From Flaccisagitta enflata (taxonomy: Eukaryota), in the NCBI GenBank assembly GCA_965153355.1, contig OZ231126.1:34410001-34474000 (forward strand): a stretch of 64,000 nt of DNA, read 5' to 3'. Position 1 is the first letter of the stretch, and each line of letters begins with the position of its first letter. Below the pieces are notes generated by a model. That model did no database searches. It saw only the letters and a list, made by a program, of their open reading frames with translations, and had not been told where the DNA came from. This document shows positions 26,081-60,249 of this stretch, one piece after another. Position numbers and translations under genes: made by a program.

Positions 26081-27823
26081 AGGAGAAGAAGAAGAAGGAA
26101 GCCGCGGAGTTCGTTTGCATACAACCGCTTTCTTTCACCCTGTTTCTTTCGTACTAGAGAAACAAGCGTAATGAACCCTTTGATGCGTCATCCGGGTCTC
26201 AGTGAATGACTTGGACGTTGTTTTTATTTCTGTCCATAGCTGTTAGTGGGTATTTCGGGTAGGACACCTGGTTTGCCTTGCCTTGCCATGGTGCTGCGGC
26301 GATCGGCTGTAATCGTACTTTGTTGTTCAAACCTAGTCCAATCCGTATGCATAGAAATAGATATATAGATAGAACATTTATGAATAAAATTTTTTTGCGG
26401 TTAAAACGATGAAAAAAGAATTACGATCAGATTCACACTTTTTCTTTGTCTTACACGGAAACGCAGAGCAACATGAGTCAGATGCCTTTTAGTTTCACTT
26501 TTTTAGGTTTTTTTTCTTTGAAAATCACAAAGCAAAATGAGTCAGATGCCTTTTAGTTTCACTTTTTAGTTTTTTTCTTTCGCTTTCGTGTCAACTCATC
26601 GCATGCTTTTTTTCCCTAATTTATGGCATGTCATGGTTGTGAATGGCAAAAATGGAAAATTTGACTTTTGACAATGGATTTTTCTAAACTCTTCTTTATT
26701 CCTTTTTTTCTATTTTCTTCCCTTCCTTTTAAAGTCCATGAAGCGATCTTTAACAAGGCCAACACCTATAAGTCGCGTGCAAGACTTTCTCACTTAGAAT
26801 GCCTTAGAATGCCTAAGAATGACTTGGAATGACGTAGAATGACTCAGAATGACATAAAATGCCTTAAAATTACTTAGAATGACTAAAAATAACTTGAAGA
26901 AATAAAAGTGATAAAAAAAGTGTGACCTACCAACCGACCGACCGACCGACGGACAAAGCGGGTTGTAGAGTCGTGTGCACGCGACTAAAAATGATTGTCT
27001 TTAGAGCGCCGCGAACTTCACCCATGTAACAATTGCGGAGGCAGACATTAAGATTTTTCTTTCCATACGAGAAACAAAATTTCCCCCATAAGATTCCGAC
27101 ATCAAGAGTCTGTCTCAGATGGCAGATTTTGGAGAAAAAAAACATGGCCAACCCCTGTTAGTTGCGTGCGGGACACAAATAGTTTTATTGACCTGACTTC
27201 AGTTTCAATCAAAGCCTTAAAACCCACTAGCCTCAGTTCAAGCCGTGGAACCCCCTCAGTTTCGATTCAAGTCTTGAGACCCACCACTTTTAATTTCAGC
27301 CTTGAAACCCACAAGTCTTAAGTCAAGCCTCTAAACGCTACCAGTTTCATTTAAATCTTTAAACCTTGAAACCCATCATGCATCTTATTCAATAAAAGCT
27401 TTGAAAACCACCATTTTCATTTCAAGCCTTGAAACCCGCCAGTCTCAAATTCATCCTTAGAACCCACCAGTTTCAATTCAAACCATGAAACCCACCACTT
27501 TCAATTGAGGTTTTGAAACCCACCAGTTTCAAAATAAGAAATGACAAAGTGACTTTAAATGACGATAATTGACTCTTATTGACTTAAAATGACTTCAAAA
27601 GACTTTTAATGCCTAAAAATGACTAAGAATAACTTAAAATGACTTACTATGACAAAATTTCATAAAATGACAAAAAATGTTGATATGACTTAAAATGACT
27701 CAATATGACCCAAGATGTACACTACAGGCACGGTCCCACCCAGGTAAAATACAAAGGCTATTTTCCAGAAAATTGAAGTTTTAGTCAGTTTTTTTTTTCT
27801 TTTTTTTTTTTGTCAGTCAACTA

Positions 27824-28404
27824 CAGTACGATGGGAGCAATGACGACCTAGGCTGGAGGATAGTTTTTAGGTATCCTAATTTCGTTTGTATTATGAAATA
27901 TTTGAGGTTGCTCCATTGAGTGAATGCATTTGCGTCTCTTAAACCTTAACTTGTGACTTGACTTCATCAAGATTTCATTTTTCAAAGTTCTAACTATTTT
28001 CATTAAATCGGTTTAAAAATTTTATATAATTAAAAGAAAATCAGCTCAATAAGACCATTTTTACAGGTTTTACGGCAATGTTTGATAAACAAAAGTTATG
28101 CAAATAAATTTTTGGGCAAATGTTAAAATGGCCATAAAACCTGTAAAAATAGACCGATTGAGCTGATTTATTTTTCAAAACCATATAAAATTTTCTACCC
28201 AATCTGTTGACATAGGTTAGAACTTTGAAAAAGGAAGTCTTGATGAGGTCAAGTCGCAAGTTGAGGTTTGAGAGACGCAAACATTTTCACTCAATAAAGC
28301 AACTTTTAATTACCCTAGAACTCAAAATTTTTATAATACAATAAAAATCAAGGTATCTAAAAATCTATCCTCCAGTCTAGGTCGTCATTGCTCCCATCGT
28401 ACTG
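27824..28404. mobile_element. Palindromic Tc1/mariner-type MITE
   Basis: TIR CAGTACGATGGGAGCAATGACGACCTAG, TA on both sides; arms complementary nearly to the centre. Confidence 0.85.
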
Positions 28405-29602
28405 TAGTTAAATCCATTTTTGGCACTTTTTTGCTTAAAAAAACGTTCTTTTGGGGCCCTTAAACGGGGCGCAAGAAGTTTTGTTCCCCAGAAAGAGGTT
28501 CCTCCAGTCCATGTCCATCATTTTTATCCTTAAAACAACTCAGTAAATCAATATTCTGTTTTTAAATTGACGAAATCTATTTTTTGCCTCTTTTTGGCTC
28601 AAAAAAGGCCCTTTTGGGCTCTTTGGGCGTCCATGGAGGGGGCCCCAGAGGTTTTTGCACCCAGAAACATGTTCCTCAAGACTTTGCCCATCATTTTGAC
28701 CCATGATAGGACCCAATTGATCATTTTTGTATCCGGGATGATTTAAACTGACCCGAGATGACTTATTAAGACAAAAAATGACAGAAACTGACAAAAATGA
28801 CAAAAATGACAAAAACGACAAAAAATACCAATAATGACTAAAATGACTGAAAATGACTTAAATTGATTTAAAATGAAAAAAGTGTAACCCACGGACTGAC
28901 CAACGGGCCAACCAACCGACAGAGAGGGTCATAGAGTCATAGTGCACGCGACTAAAAATCAAGACAATTTTTAACAACAAAGATAGATTCCTGAAACAAC
29001 TACACAAATTCTAGATGGTTCAATTTGTAAATAAAGAAATAATGATTCAGGATGACTGTTTAACTATTATACCACAGTCCACAGAAATTTCAAGACCTTC
29101 CGACCTAGTCGCTCTGCTCTGCGATGCGCCCTCAGATTTTTGTACTCAATTTGTTTTCTCTTTGATCTCATTTAGTCGAGTTCAATTTTGTCTTAATTTT
29201 CGCGATAATCGCGATCAGAAACGCCTCTCAAAATTGATAGGAACTTTGTCGATCTCATTCAAATTGATATTTAGCTGCACAAAGTTCTAGGCCAAAGTCA
29301 TTGAACTCCGATTTGCGATAATGACTTGAAGCCACATCAAAGATATTGTTAAGCCGTCAATTCGTATTCAACAATATGAAAACATTTTTTTTTCCTGTTA
29401 AGCCAAAATGTGCTCAAGTGCTTTCCTTTAAAAACGTGAATGCATACATCGTTGTGGGGTAGGTGAAGGTGTGTGTTTCTTACGTTTGACCCCGTCATTT
29501 TGCGAGTCCTTTTAGAGTTATTAAGCAAGAGTTTTCATTTCAGCTTTAGTTTGATGATGAAAACATGTGAAAACTAAACAAGCAATCAATATTCAAAAGA
29601 CA

Positions 29603-35171
<5,569 letters not shown>

Positions 35172-36302
35172 CAAATGAACAATGTCCTTATAGCCGTATA
35201 TCATGACACTTATACGTAGGTCGCGTAAATCGTATACGTACCCATCCTTCCATCGGCCATCCTTCTACCTTCTTTTCTTTCATCTAATCTATCCTTCATT
35301 CTGTCTAATGGTTTAAATGCATACTTAAGGCTCACCCCTCACATGCATCATTGTTCGTCTTCTTCTGCCAAACGTCCAAATGACGTTACATTTCTTTTTA
35401 GTCGCGTGCTACGCGACTCTACACCTCGCTTTGTCGGTCCGTCGGTCCGTCCGTTGGTCCGTCCGTCACACTTACTTTTTTGGCATTTATGGGGTTTTTG
35501 GCTATACCGCTCCTGCCCAAATGCTCCACTGACCTCGAATAGGGCCCCTCCCCACCCGCACGCGATTGGGGTAGCCGTGTATCCGGCCTTGTTAAAGAAT
35601 GGATTCACATCATGTTTGCAACTGTAGGTTGTATGTAGCTCTATGGTTCCGTCTTTTCAAATATTGAATGTAGCATTTATAAATATACCTTAAATGTAGC
35701 GATATCGAGCTGAAAGTGTACACGATGCTAATTATCGACCTGAACTAGCACAATATTTCTTTATTCTTTAGATGTACCACGCGAATACAACAAGGCCAAC
35801 ACCGCCCGTGAATATTTGAATTAACTTTTGACTAAAAATGGCTTAAGATGAATAAGTTAGAATGACCTCAATAGCTTAAAATGACTTAAAAGGACTGAAC
35901 TTTTTATATTTTCATATCTTTCAAAATTTGCGTGGTAGGTCGCATCGTCATTAAAAAGCCTCTCCCGCCTCTCCCGCTTTTTAATCATTTGAATTTAAAA
36001 GACGGTTATTGCTTCCTCGTCTCGCTAAGTTGCATGACTGTGTGTGATGTGTAATTATGATATTTGATATAATTTGGAGTTGCGACATTAAATTAACTCA
36101 TTGCACCCGATCAACTGTTCATGTATGAACCGTACGACTATGATTTAATCAAAAGACCTGTTTCGAGAAAAAGTAATTATTTCATTCGCGAGAGGTGACA
36201 TGATTTTTTTGATGATTTTGAATTAATGTGGCTTGTCTAGTCGTTAATTTAATCAGATCGGGAATGCCATCGGCTTGTAGAGAGGATTTTTTAGCTAGAC
36301 AG

Positions 36303-36364
<62 letters not shown>

Positions 36365-36376
36365 CACACACACACA

Positions 36377-36517
<141 letters not shown>

Positions 36518-36821
36518 AGGTAAAGTAGACACATATAGCTATATAGGCTTGACTTCAATGAGTTGTGAAGTCGCTCCGTACCTCCCCTCAAAATATTCTC
36601 AACAAACCAACTTGCAGCCGAGCGACCAACGGATATGTCTCCTAACACGTATATACACCTCACTTCTTAGCATATTAATACTTGAAAGTGGAATATTTTT
36701 TGTGTATATCGCGTCTTAATTTTGTGAGAATGACTCAATAGCAATTGTCCGCGTGTTTTGAAACATGGAGCCACTGCATATGACCACCGAATTTCTTTGT
36801 TTGTTTGTTTGTTTTTTTTTT

Positions 36822-36853
<32 letters not shown>

Positions 36854-37308
36854 TCCAGGAGTGTTTTCTTTCTAGTTTCGGCGCGACGTTTCTTCCCACG
36901 GGAAATCGATTTCGCGCCTAATCGAAAAAAAAAATTAGATCTAATTTTGGCCAGAGGCATTTCTTGGCGCCGGCGCTCTTTTTTTCTCAACTTTCTTACC
37001 CGCGTCTCTTTCATCATTTGCAACAAATAGACAGAAATGGTCCAAAATAGACATGGAAGGCCGTGGGGAAATGGCCTTAAAAGTTCTTGCTAGAAAAGCA
37101 AGGGTTTTGCTGCTTGAGTGTTGCGGGCATTTTTTAGCACCGAAAATGTTTGTAAGTAATCAACATTCAGTAAACCACCAAAAGTCTAGAAGGCATGTTC
37201 CGCAATGAGAAAGTTTTAGCAAGATAATTGTCTAGCATTGAGCCGTTTTTGCTTTTTGTTTTCGTTTTTGTTTTGCTTTCTTTTTCTGTCGATTTTGTGT
37301 GTGAGTGT

Positions 37309-37404
<96 letters not shown>

Positions 37405-37500
37405 CGACATTGCCCTCCGACCCGAGTCGTCCTTGCCCCAACATTTATCTTTAAAAAACTCACCCATAATTCTCCCAATACTCGTTCCATTTGCTCTCAG

Positions 37501-52349
<14,849 letters not shown>

Positions 52350-53617
52350 AAGAAAAGAATAAGCTAAAAACTTATAATGTGCCTCACGGTTGTTAGATCC
52401 AAAATGTTATCGTCGATGACTACCTTAATGTATCAATAAAGTCAATTTAGTCCTGGTTGACATTCGTGGTAATTTGAAGCAGGATCAGAGAGCATCGTAA
52501 CTGATCATTCTGAAGAAAAACTAATTTTGATAGAAATAATGTGGACTTGACATGCCTTTTTCATGGTTTTAAAAAGAGCATTACAAAAAGAGTAAGGATA
52601 GTACAACAAGCAAATTGACACTTCCTTGGCGAAGTTGATTATGATGATTTGATGTTTGAATTATATGTCTCAAATTAATCACCTTGGAAACAACTTGACC
52701 TAGAACCTACTTTCCCACATCTCCACCTTTTTTTTTTTTTTTTTTTTTTTGCCTTTTATTATTTGAAAAAAGCTTGCATAAGATATCGGATTACGCTAAA
52801 CAGAAAACCAACTACAAATCATTACTTTTTCGGTCCATGCATTTTAGCTTGAGACCTCCCAAGAACTCATTTTGAAAAAGATAAGTTGACAAATTTATTT
52901 CCATTGATTTTGTCAAAACCAAGGCATTGTGTTATTCGGCAAGAAATCCCTAAATTTGTTTATTTGTTCGCTCCTTTCTTTTTATCTTCCCCCTTTTCTC
53001 CTTCTTACTTGCGATACTAGTGATATTTTGACATGAGAAATGTAGCCGTAGTCTATCGAAATATTGACCTGAGACCATTTTTGACTACAGATTCGTATTC
53101 CTGGGGTCAAAATTGGTCTGATATGAGATGGACGCTGAAATCCCAGAATTTTGACATGATCCTGAGATTTATTATGCGTGCGTGCGCATGCACGCGACCC
53201 AATCCGTTCATGTGGGGGTCCTTCCGATCGTCCACAACATGGCCGCATTTCAATCGTTATTTTATATCTAGATTTTTTAAAGGCATTTCGTGCGCAGTGA
53301 TAATTGATCATAGATGGTTTGTTACGAATGGAGATGTTATTTCATATCTTTTTAGGTGCGACAAAGCACCTCTATAACTGGCTGTGTCCGTCTGTCGGTT
53401 GGTAACGCATTCGTTCGACGATCCACACGTCGCACCTTATTGGCCTACTTGGCCTTGTTTTAAGGTAGAACAATTTTTTTACTTTGTGATTATGTAATTG
53501 TACCAGGAAAGAGGAAGCACGAAGTACATGACTGTCACCCTGTTGTTCCTTAACTGCGTCCTTTTACTACTGACTTAATCTTTTCTTTTTGTTTCTTTGT
53601 TGGTTTCTCTCTCCCCT

Positions 53618-53700
<83 letters not shown>

Positions 53701-54308
53701 ATCCATACGGAAAAGCATCTTCCTCACCTGAGGCTTTGATACTGATCATTATTTTATCGCCTATCATTTCATGTCGAACTTCCTGGTCCCTTTCACATTA
53801 CTGCCTATTATTTATGTAATGAATTGTTACTACTTAATTTTTTTAAAAACTGCTCAAGTTTAGACTAACGGTACTCGATAAAAGAAGTTTTGGCTTAGAC
53901 CGTGTCCTATCATCACGAAAGAACATTTCAAGCAGTAATCATACTCATTATATGAGTTCATTGACTGATTTCGCCAAGAGTGGCAGGCTCAAGAAAAAGA
54001 TTCGTAATTCTTTCAAATCAATTACTGCCCCTTAATATAAAAAAGAAACATAATTAATGGATTGAATTTGCCTGACGGCAGAATAAAACGGCAATCGCGG
54101 GAAGCCAACTGGTTTTGGGTCATGTCCTCACGTTGGAAATCGATATCCTCTTCTTACTGGAAATATTTGTTTGTGTTTTAAATGTGCTTTGAATTTGCTG
54201 TATGCTTTTACACATATCGTTTCTCAGTGTTTTCGCTTTTTCTCCAAATTATTTCTGTACAATACAAAGCGACTAAAACGATGATACCCCTCTTATTTAA
54301 TATAGAGG

Positions 54309-55762
54309 CTAAGCCGGATCAACAAGGCGCGGGGCCCTAAGCTAGGCCACGGGCGCGGGGCCCCCTAACCCCCCATCTTTGCCCCCCCTGCTAACCCCTT
54401 TTTGCCCCCCCCCCATTTACCCAATAACTCAAAACCAGTGGATTGAAATTTTATCTAACATGCGCAATAGCCTAACAACAAAAAATGCGATGTCATAGAA
54501 AAGTTCTCTATCAAAGGGATATGGCCCAAAATCATGTTTACAGATGTTCTATGAAAAAAATTTGGTCACGTTCGCAATGACAATCCGTGTCTTTTGTTTT
54601 TAGTGTTTTTAAGCGGGTAATGTTTTAGGGTTAGGGGTGGGGTTAGGGCTAGGGATGGGGTGGGTTTTAGGGTTAGGGATAGCTTTAGGATTGGGGTGAG
54701 TGTGAGGTTTAGGAATGGGTTTGGTTTTATACGTTTTAGCTCTAGGAAGCTTGAATTATAGATTTGCCCTTGTAAGGAAAAACAAGTGCACCGGATTGAA
54801 TTACCTAACATGACCTAAAATTTATACCTGGTACCCCTATAAATTGGCGCCGCCACCCACCCCCTTTCCAATAATAAAACACAGGCAAAAATCCTTCCTA
54901 TACATTTTCAATCGGAAATAAGAACGGTGGCGGCGGTAATTTCCAGAGGTCCCATGACCAAATTTTTGTTGTGGTTTATCTTTGTACTACCTAGCTCATA
55001 TGTTTATCACCTCACTTATCTGTCATTATCTCCGTTTCAAATGATACTTTCTAAGCAAAATTGGTGAGATTCTAAAACTAGAGCAAATTTCCAATCAAAT
55101 GCCGCAAACCCCGTTTGATTATCTCTAACCGTTTAGAAATGACATGCAAAACAAAATTGCAGTTGCAGTTGCAGTTGATGGGGGTTGGTGATATGGCGCA
55201 TTGCGCCTCTAAAAGCAAGCATTGGCACTTCAAACATAGCGTCAAGCCTTCCCTTGTTGGCCTGAAAATAGTCTGGACTCTATCCCATCAAGTACCTGTG
55301 GTCTCAAATAAAGTAGCATCAATGCAAAGAGCCATATCTGCTGGAGGCCTGAAAATGATTGCCCGCAAGGTCTAGAGGAAGATCTTAACAGCCTACCTCA
55401 AATCTCTCTACAAAAGTATGCCAAGGCGAACGTAGGCATTGGTTGATACCCAACATGGTCACACTAAGTATTGAACATATTTGTGACATGTGATTGCATT
55501 ATTTATTGAATAAATTGACTCAATCTCAAAAAGGTGATAAACTTTTGAGCTAGATAGTACATGATTTTGAGTCATATGCCTCTGATAGAGAACTTTCCTT
55601 TGACTTTTCCTGAACTCTTGTTATGCTAATGCGCAACTTCCTGTCTGCCTAAAAGTGACATATTTAAAAAACTTAAAACAGATGAAATAACAAAATATGA
55701 TATTTCCATTACAGTTAATTATTTCAACTTTTTTTCTATCTTTCTTTCTTTTTTTCTTTCTC

Positions 55763-55798
<36 letters not shown>

Positions 55799-55811
55799 TT
55801 TTTTTTCTTTT

Positions 55812-55843
<32 letters not shown>

Positions 55844-55859
55844 TTTTTTTCTTTTTCTT

Positions 55860-55892
<33 letters not shown>

Positions 55893-55913
55893 GTCTGTCT
55901 GTCTGTCTGTCTG

Positions 55914-55949
<36 letters not shown>

Positions 55950-56058
55950 TTTCTTTCCCCTTTTTTTTTCTAAGGGTGGGTGCTGCAGGCGCGGGGCCCC
56001 CCTGAGGCGCGGGGCCCTAAGCTATAGCTTTTTTAGCCTATTTGTTGATCCGGCATAG
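54309..56058. mobile_element. hAT non-autonomous element with GCGCGGGGCCC subterminal repeats
   Basis: TIR CTAWGCCGGATCAACAA; perfect 8-bp TSD TATAGAGG (54301-54308, 56059-56066). Confidence 0.9.
54492..55604. mobile_element. Inverted-repeat element nested in the hAT, itself interrupted by a GGGTTAG-containing insert (~54540-54980)
   Basis: IR GTCAWAGRAAAGTTCTCTATCA...AAAATCATGT; the left arm resumes at ~54985 (GTACTACCTAGCTCA). Confidence 0.6.
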
Positions 56059-56578
56059 TATAGAGGTACAGGCAACCAACCTAATCGTGATGTAGATATT
56101 TGTCGTGTTACAGTCATCATACTGAAGATTTTCGGTGCATTGTCTAGCCTAGAGATGCTGGAATGCACAGGTACCACGTAGCACAGCACTCAGTGGGCCT
56201 AAATAGGATATGGGTTAAAAAAAATCCTCGACAGTAGTGACTTATATAAGAACGTACATTTTATAGTGGAGTATTGATGTTTACCTTTAAAAAAAATTTC
56301 CCTTGAAAGTTTCAAATATTTGATATAACTCTTTAGAGTTGAAGAATTTTCAAATTCTGATTAAAGATTCATATTCCTGGTAAAATTTCTTATCATTTTA
56401 TAAGTCATATAATATATTTTCATGAATTTTTTTTTTCATTTTCTATGCCGCAGTTGTAAAAATTGCAATGGTGGCCTGAAATATGACAATTTTTTTTTTA
56501 AATATATAGTGTGACATATCAAATGATTGAGAATTTCACCAGAAATTTGAACCTTAAATTGGAATTTCAAAATAGATA

Positions 56579-57141
56579 CAGTAGATTTCGTCTAGACTTG
56601 AGATAACGGGGGCAAGCATTGTGGAAAAACGAATGAAGGCAGGGGAGCGATATTTGGATCATAGACTAATCAAAGGATGATTAATTCCCCATGATAGCTG
56701 GTTGCCATGTAAACACATTTCCATGTATTCTCGCTAAAGTATCAATATTTTGAGAGATTTTTTCAGGGAACATTGCTTAAAATAAAATTTGCTATAACTT
56801 TCCCACAGTATGTTCTGTAAGAATGTCGCTCATTTGGCCGTTGCTAGGGAGTGTATCCATGTGTGACAACCCCTAGCAACCACTAAACAAGTGACATTCT
56901 TACAGCACGTACTGTGGGAAAGTTGTAGCAAATTTTATTTTAAGCAATGTTCCCTAAAAAAATCTCTCAAAATATTGATACTTTAGCGAGAATACATGGA
57001 AATGTGTTTCCATGGCAACCAGCTATCATGAGCAATAAAGCATCCAATTAATAGTCTATGTTTGAAATATCACTCCCCTGGCTTCATTTGTTTTCCTACA
57101 ATACTTGCCCCCGTTATCTCAAGTCTAGACGAGATCTACTG
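56579..57141. mobile_element. Near-perfect 563-bp palindromic MITE (CAGTAGAT family)
   Basis: TIR CAGTAGATYTCGTCTAGACTTGAGATAACGGGGGCAAG, TA flanks, arms pair up to a ~20-nt loop near 56850-56870. Confidence 0.9.
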
Positions 57142-58378
57142 TATATCCTTGAGATTTATGTATTAATACACAAGAAAATTCACACTTTTTAGTGGTTTTC
57201 TTATTTTTAGGGTCAGCATCAATTCTCCATTATGAAATATACCTACTTACACAAGTCACTACTGCCGGGAATTTTTTTGAATTCTTATCCTATTAATAGG
57301 GCTAATAATTAACAGGGCTAACAGAGCCTATTAAGGCCTACTGTGAGTTTGTGAGCATGATCTTTTTCTAATACACATGTATTTTGTTTTCATTACCGGA
57401 GGGACGCACGGATGGACCGACAAAAAAAAGTGTAGGGTTGCGTGTCCGCGACTAAAAACATGATTTCTAAAGGATGTGAACATCATTCTATGAAGAACAC
57501 ATGATTAAAAAAAAACCGATTTTTTGGCTCACGGAGTTGCAATATCGGCGCAGACGGGTAGGCAGGGGCGAACAACCCCCCTCCGGCCTCCAAACCCCTT
57601 CCCATACACACTTAGTCACACGTACACATGAGGGCGCGGTTTCTACACTTTTCAACATGAACACGGACGGAACAACGGAAGAACCGACAGACGGGCAAAC
57701 CCTCTTCCAGAATCGCCAGTCCGCGATTCAAAACGGGTGTACCAGTGATTGAAAAGCCGATACTTGCAGGACCTGTAGTCTTTTTAGTTGCGGACACGCA
57801 ACTCTATAAGAGGCTTTGTCTGTTCATCCGTCTGTCCGTCCAGGGTCATCGAGTTGAAAAATGGAAAGAAAGCGCTTTAGAAAAATTTTGTGTATGTTTG
57901 TATGTATGGGATGGGCGTTATTGTGTTCGGGAGTTGGATGCCCCTGCCCAGCCCTCCGGAATGATATTGTGTCCCCGCGTCACTTGTTTTCCAATCACAT
58001 CCAGAATTTCCTTCGAGAGCCGACATGATCATTTTTGAGTACGAGGAGAAAAAACGTTTAAAAACAAAAGAACACCTCATGCAACTTCACATGTGTCTTG
58101 AGGCTCAAATTGTGGCAATGCTACTATGTAGCATCAAGGCTCAACCCCAAGACTCAAATCTCGACCTTGAGGCCTAAATCCCAGCTTTGAGGCTAAAATC
58201 TCTGACTCAAGACCAGTCGTGAAGCCGTGAAGCTCGAATCCTGGCCTCCACACAAAAGTCTCAGCGTCCAGGCTTCGATCCGAGCCTAAATGTTCAAATA
58301 TCAACCTCCATGCTCAGTCCCCAGCTTAAACACCCCCAGTCCTGAGCCCGATCAACAAGTAGGCTAATGAGGCAGTGC

Positions 58379-59047
58379 GGCTTACGTGTAGGAGAGGACC
58401 GGACTTTTTTTAGCGTTTTAACGAGTTTTTTTTTCACGAAAATTTCAAATCTGAAACAAGAGAACAATTTAGGTCAATGATCCGAGCCCCTTACCAAACC
58501 CTACCCCACTACCCCTACCCCTAAACCCACCCCCTACCCTAAACCTAAACCCTAACCCTACCCCTAACCCTAAACCCCACCTCTACCCCTAAACCCTATC
58601 CCTAACACTACCCCTAACCCTAAACCTACCCCTACCCCTAACCCTAACCTCAACCCTACCTTAACCTTAAACCTACCCCTACCACTAACCCTAAACCCCA
58701 CCCTACCCCTAACCCTAAACCCACCCCTACCCCTACCCCTAAACCCCACCCTAACCCTAACCCTAAACCCTACCCCTACCCCTAACCCTAAACCAACCCC
58801 TACCCCTAACCCTAAACCCACCCCTACCCTAAACCCACTACCCTAAACCCACCTACCCTAAACCCACAAACCTAAATCAACAAGAAATCAAAGAATCATC
58901 GATAAATCAACATAAATCAACAAGAAATCAATAACTCGACGTAAGAAGTAGAAGCGAGAGTGAGAAATAGTCGAGAGAGGCCGAGACTCGGCTGAAAACG
59001 AAAACAAAAGACATCGCTCTAGTCCGGTCCTCTCCTACACGTAGACC
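58379..59047. mobile_element. TIR element carrying a telomere-like (CCCTAA/CCCTAC/CCCTAAA)n array
   Basis: TIR GGYYTACGTGTAGGAGAGGACCGGACT; 8-bp flanks GGCAGTGC / GGCAGGGC (one mismatch); array ~58490-58875. Confidence 0.8.
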
Positions 59048-59802
59048 GGCAGGGCCCCTGGTACAAAATTTCAAATCAGGCTCTGGTGCCCATTTCCACA
59101 TCATATCTTATGTCTTTTAAAATGTTTTAATCAGGCCCTAAGACAAAAATCTCAAATTCTAACTAGGGGCGTGAGGTTTGAAGACAAGACGTACAACCGC
59201 CAAAAATACTGCTAAAATTGATACTTCAAGAGAGATGTTCGTAGTTGCGGACACACAACTCTATAAGAGGCTTTGTCTGGCGATCCATCAGTCTGTCAGT
59301 TGGTTGTAATGATTGACTCAACAAGGCCAGATACACGGCCAATATGTACCAATTGTGGACGGGTGGGCAGGGGCGGAAATGTGCGTTTTCACACTTTTTG
59401 ACTCATGCTCGACTCATGCTTATGGACCGATGGACCGACAAACGGACAGACAAAGGCTCTTATAGAGTTGCGTGTCCGCATCTTAAAAGTAGAAAAACAA
59501 TTGTTCTAGATGCTTCTTGTGTTGTTTTGTTTGTGAGGGAGAGTTTGGATGGTGATTGGACGCCCCTGCCCACCCATCCACAACAAGATGGCAAACCCAC
59601 AAGACTTGCTAAAATTACAGGGGCCTTGCGGAAACCGTAGCCTCGGGCCTCGCACCAGGGGTTCATATTCTAGATGCACGGCGCACGCCGTGCCTCGGAA
59701 GAGGAGGAGGCTTGTCGGAAGGAAAGGAAGGAGAGGAAAGGGAAAGGGGAAAAGGAAAAGGAAGAAAGGAATGGGAAAAAGAAAAAGAAAAAAGAAAAAA
59801 AG

Positions 59803-59844
<42 letters not shown>

Positions 59845-60075
59845 TAGAGACAGATAGAGACAGACAGACAGACACATAGACAGACAGAGAGAGAGAGACA
59901 GAGAGACAGACAGACAGATAGACAGACAGAGAGACAGACAGAGAGACAGACAGACAGACAGACGACAGACAAACAGACAGAGAAAGAGAGGTCAAACATT
60001 TTGATTTTGTGAATATCACTTTAGCGGCAAGGGTCTGTTTATTCTTTTTTAGTACCTGTAAAGCAAAAACAGGTA

Positions 60076-60249
60076 CAGTTGAGCTTTGCTAGAGCGCATT
60101 TCAAGGGACTGAGCTAAATTGTGCCTTATAATGAAGCTGCCTTATTTCCAATATAGATTAAACTACAAAATCTTTCATGGGACAGTAAGTTGTGTGTCTT
60201 ATAGGCGGACATACCTTATTGGCGGGTGCGCTCTAGTGAAGCTCCACTG
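60076..60249. mobile_element. Short pogo/Tigger-like MITE
   Basis: TA-CAGTTGAGCTT ... GCGCTCTAGTGAAGCTCCACTG-TA; related to 39251-40230. Confidence 0.7.

Noticed and set aside
58490-58875. True telomere or chromosome-fusion scar
   Set aside because: Degenerate, single orientation and enclosed by TIRs with a near-TSD
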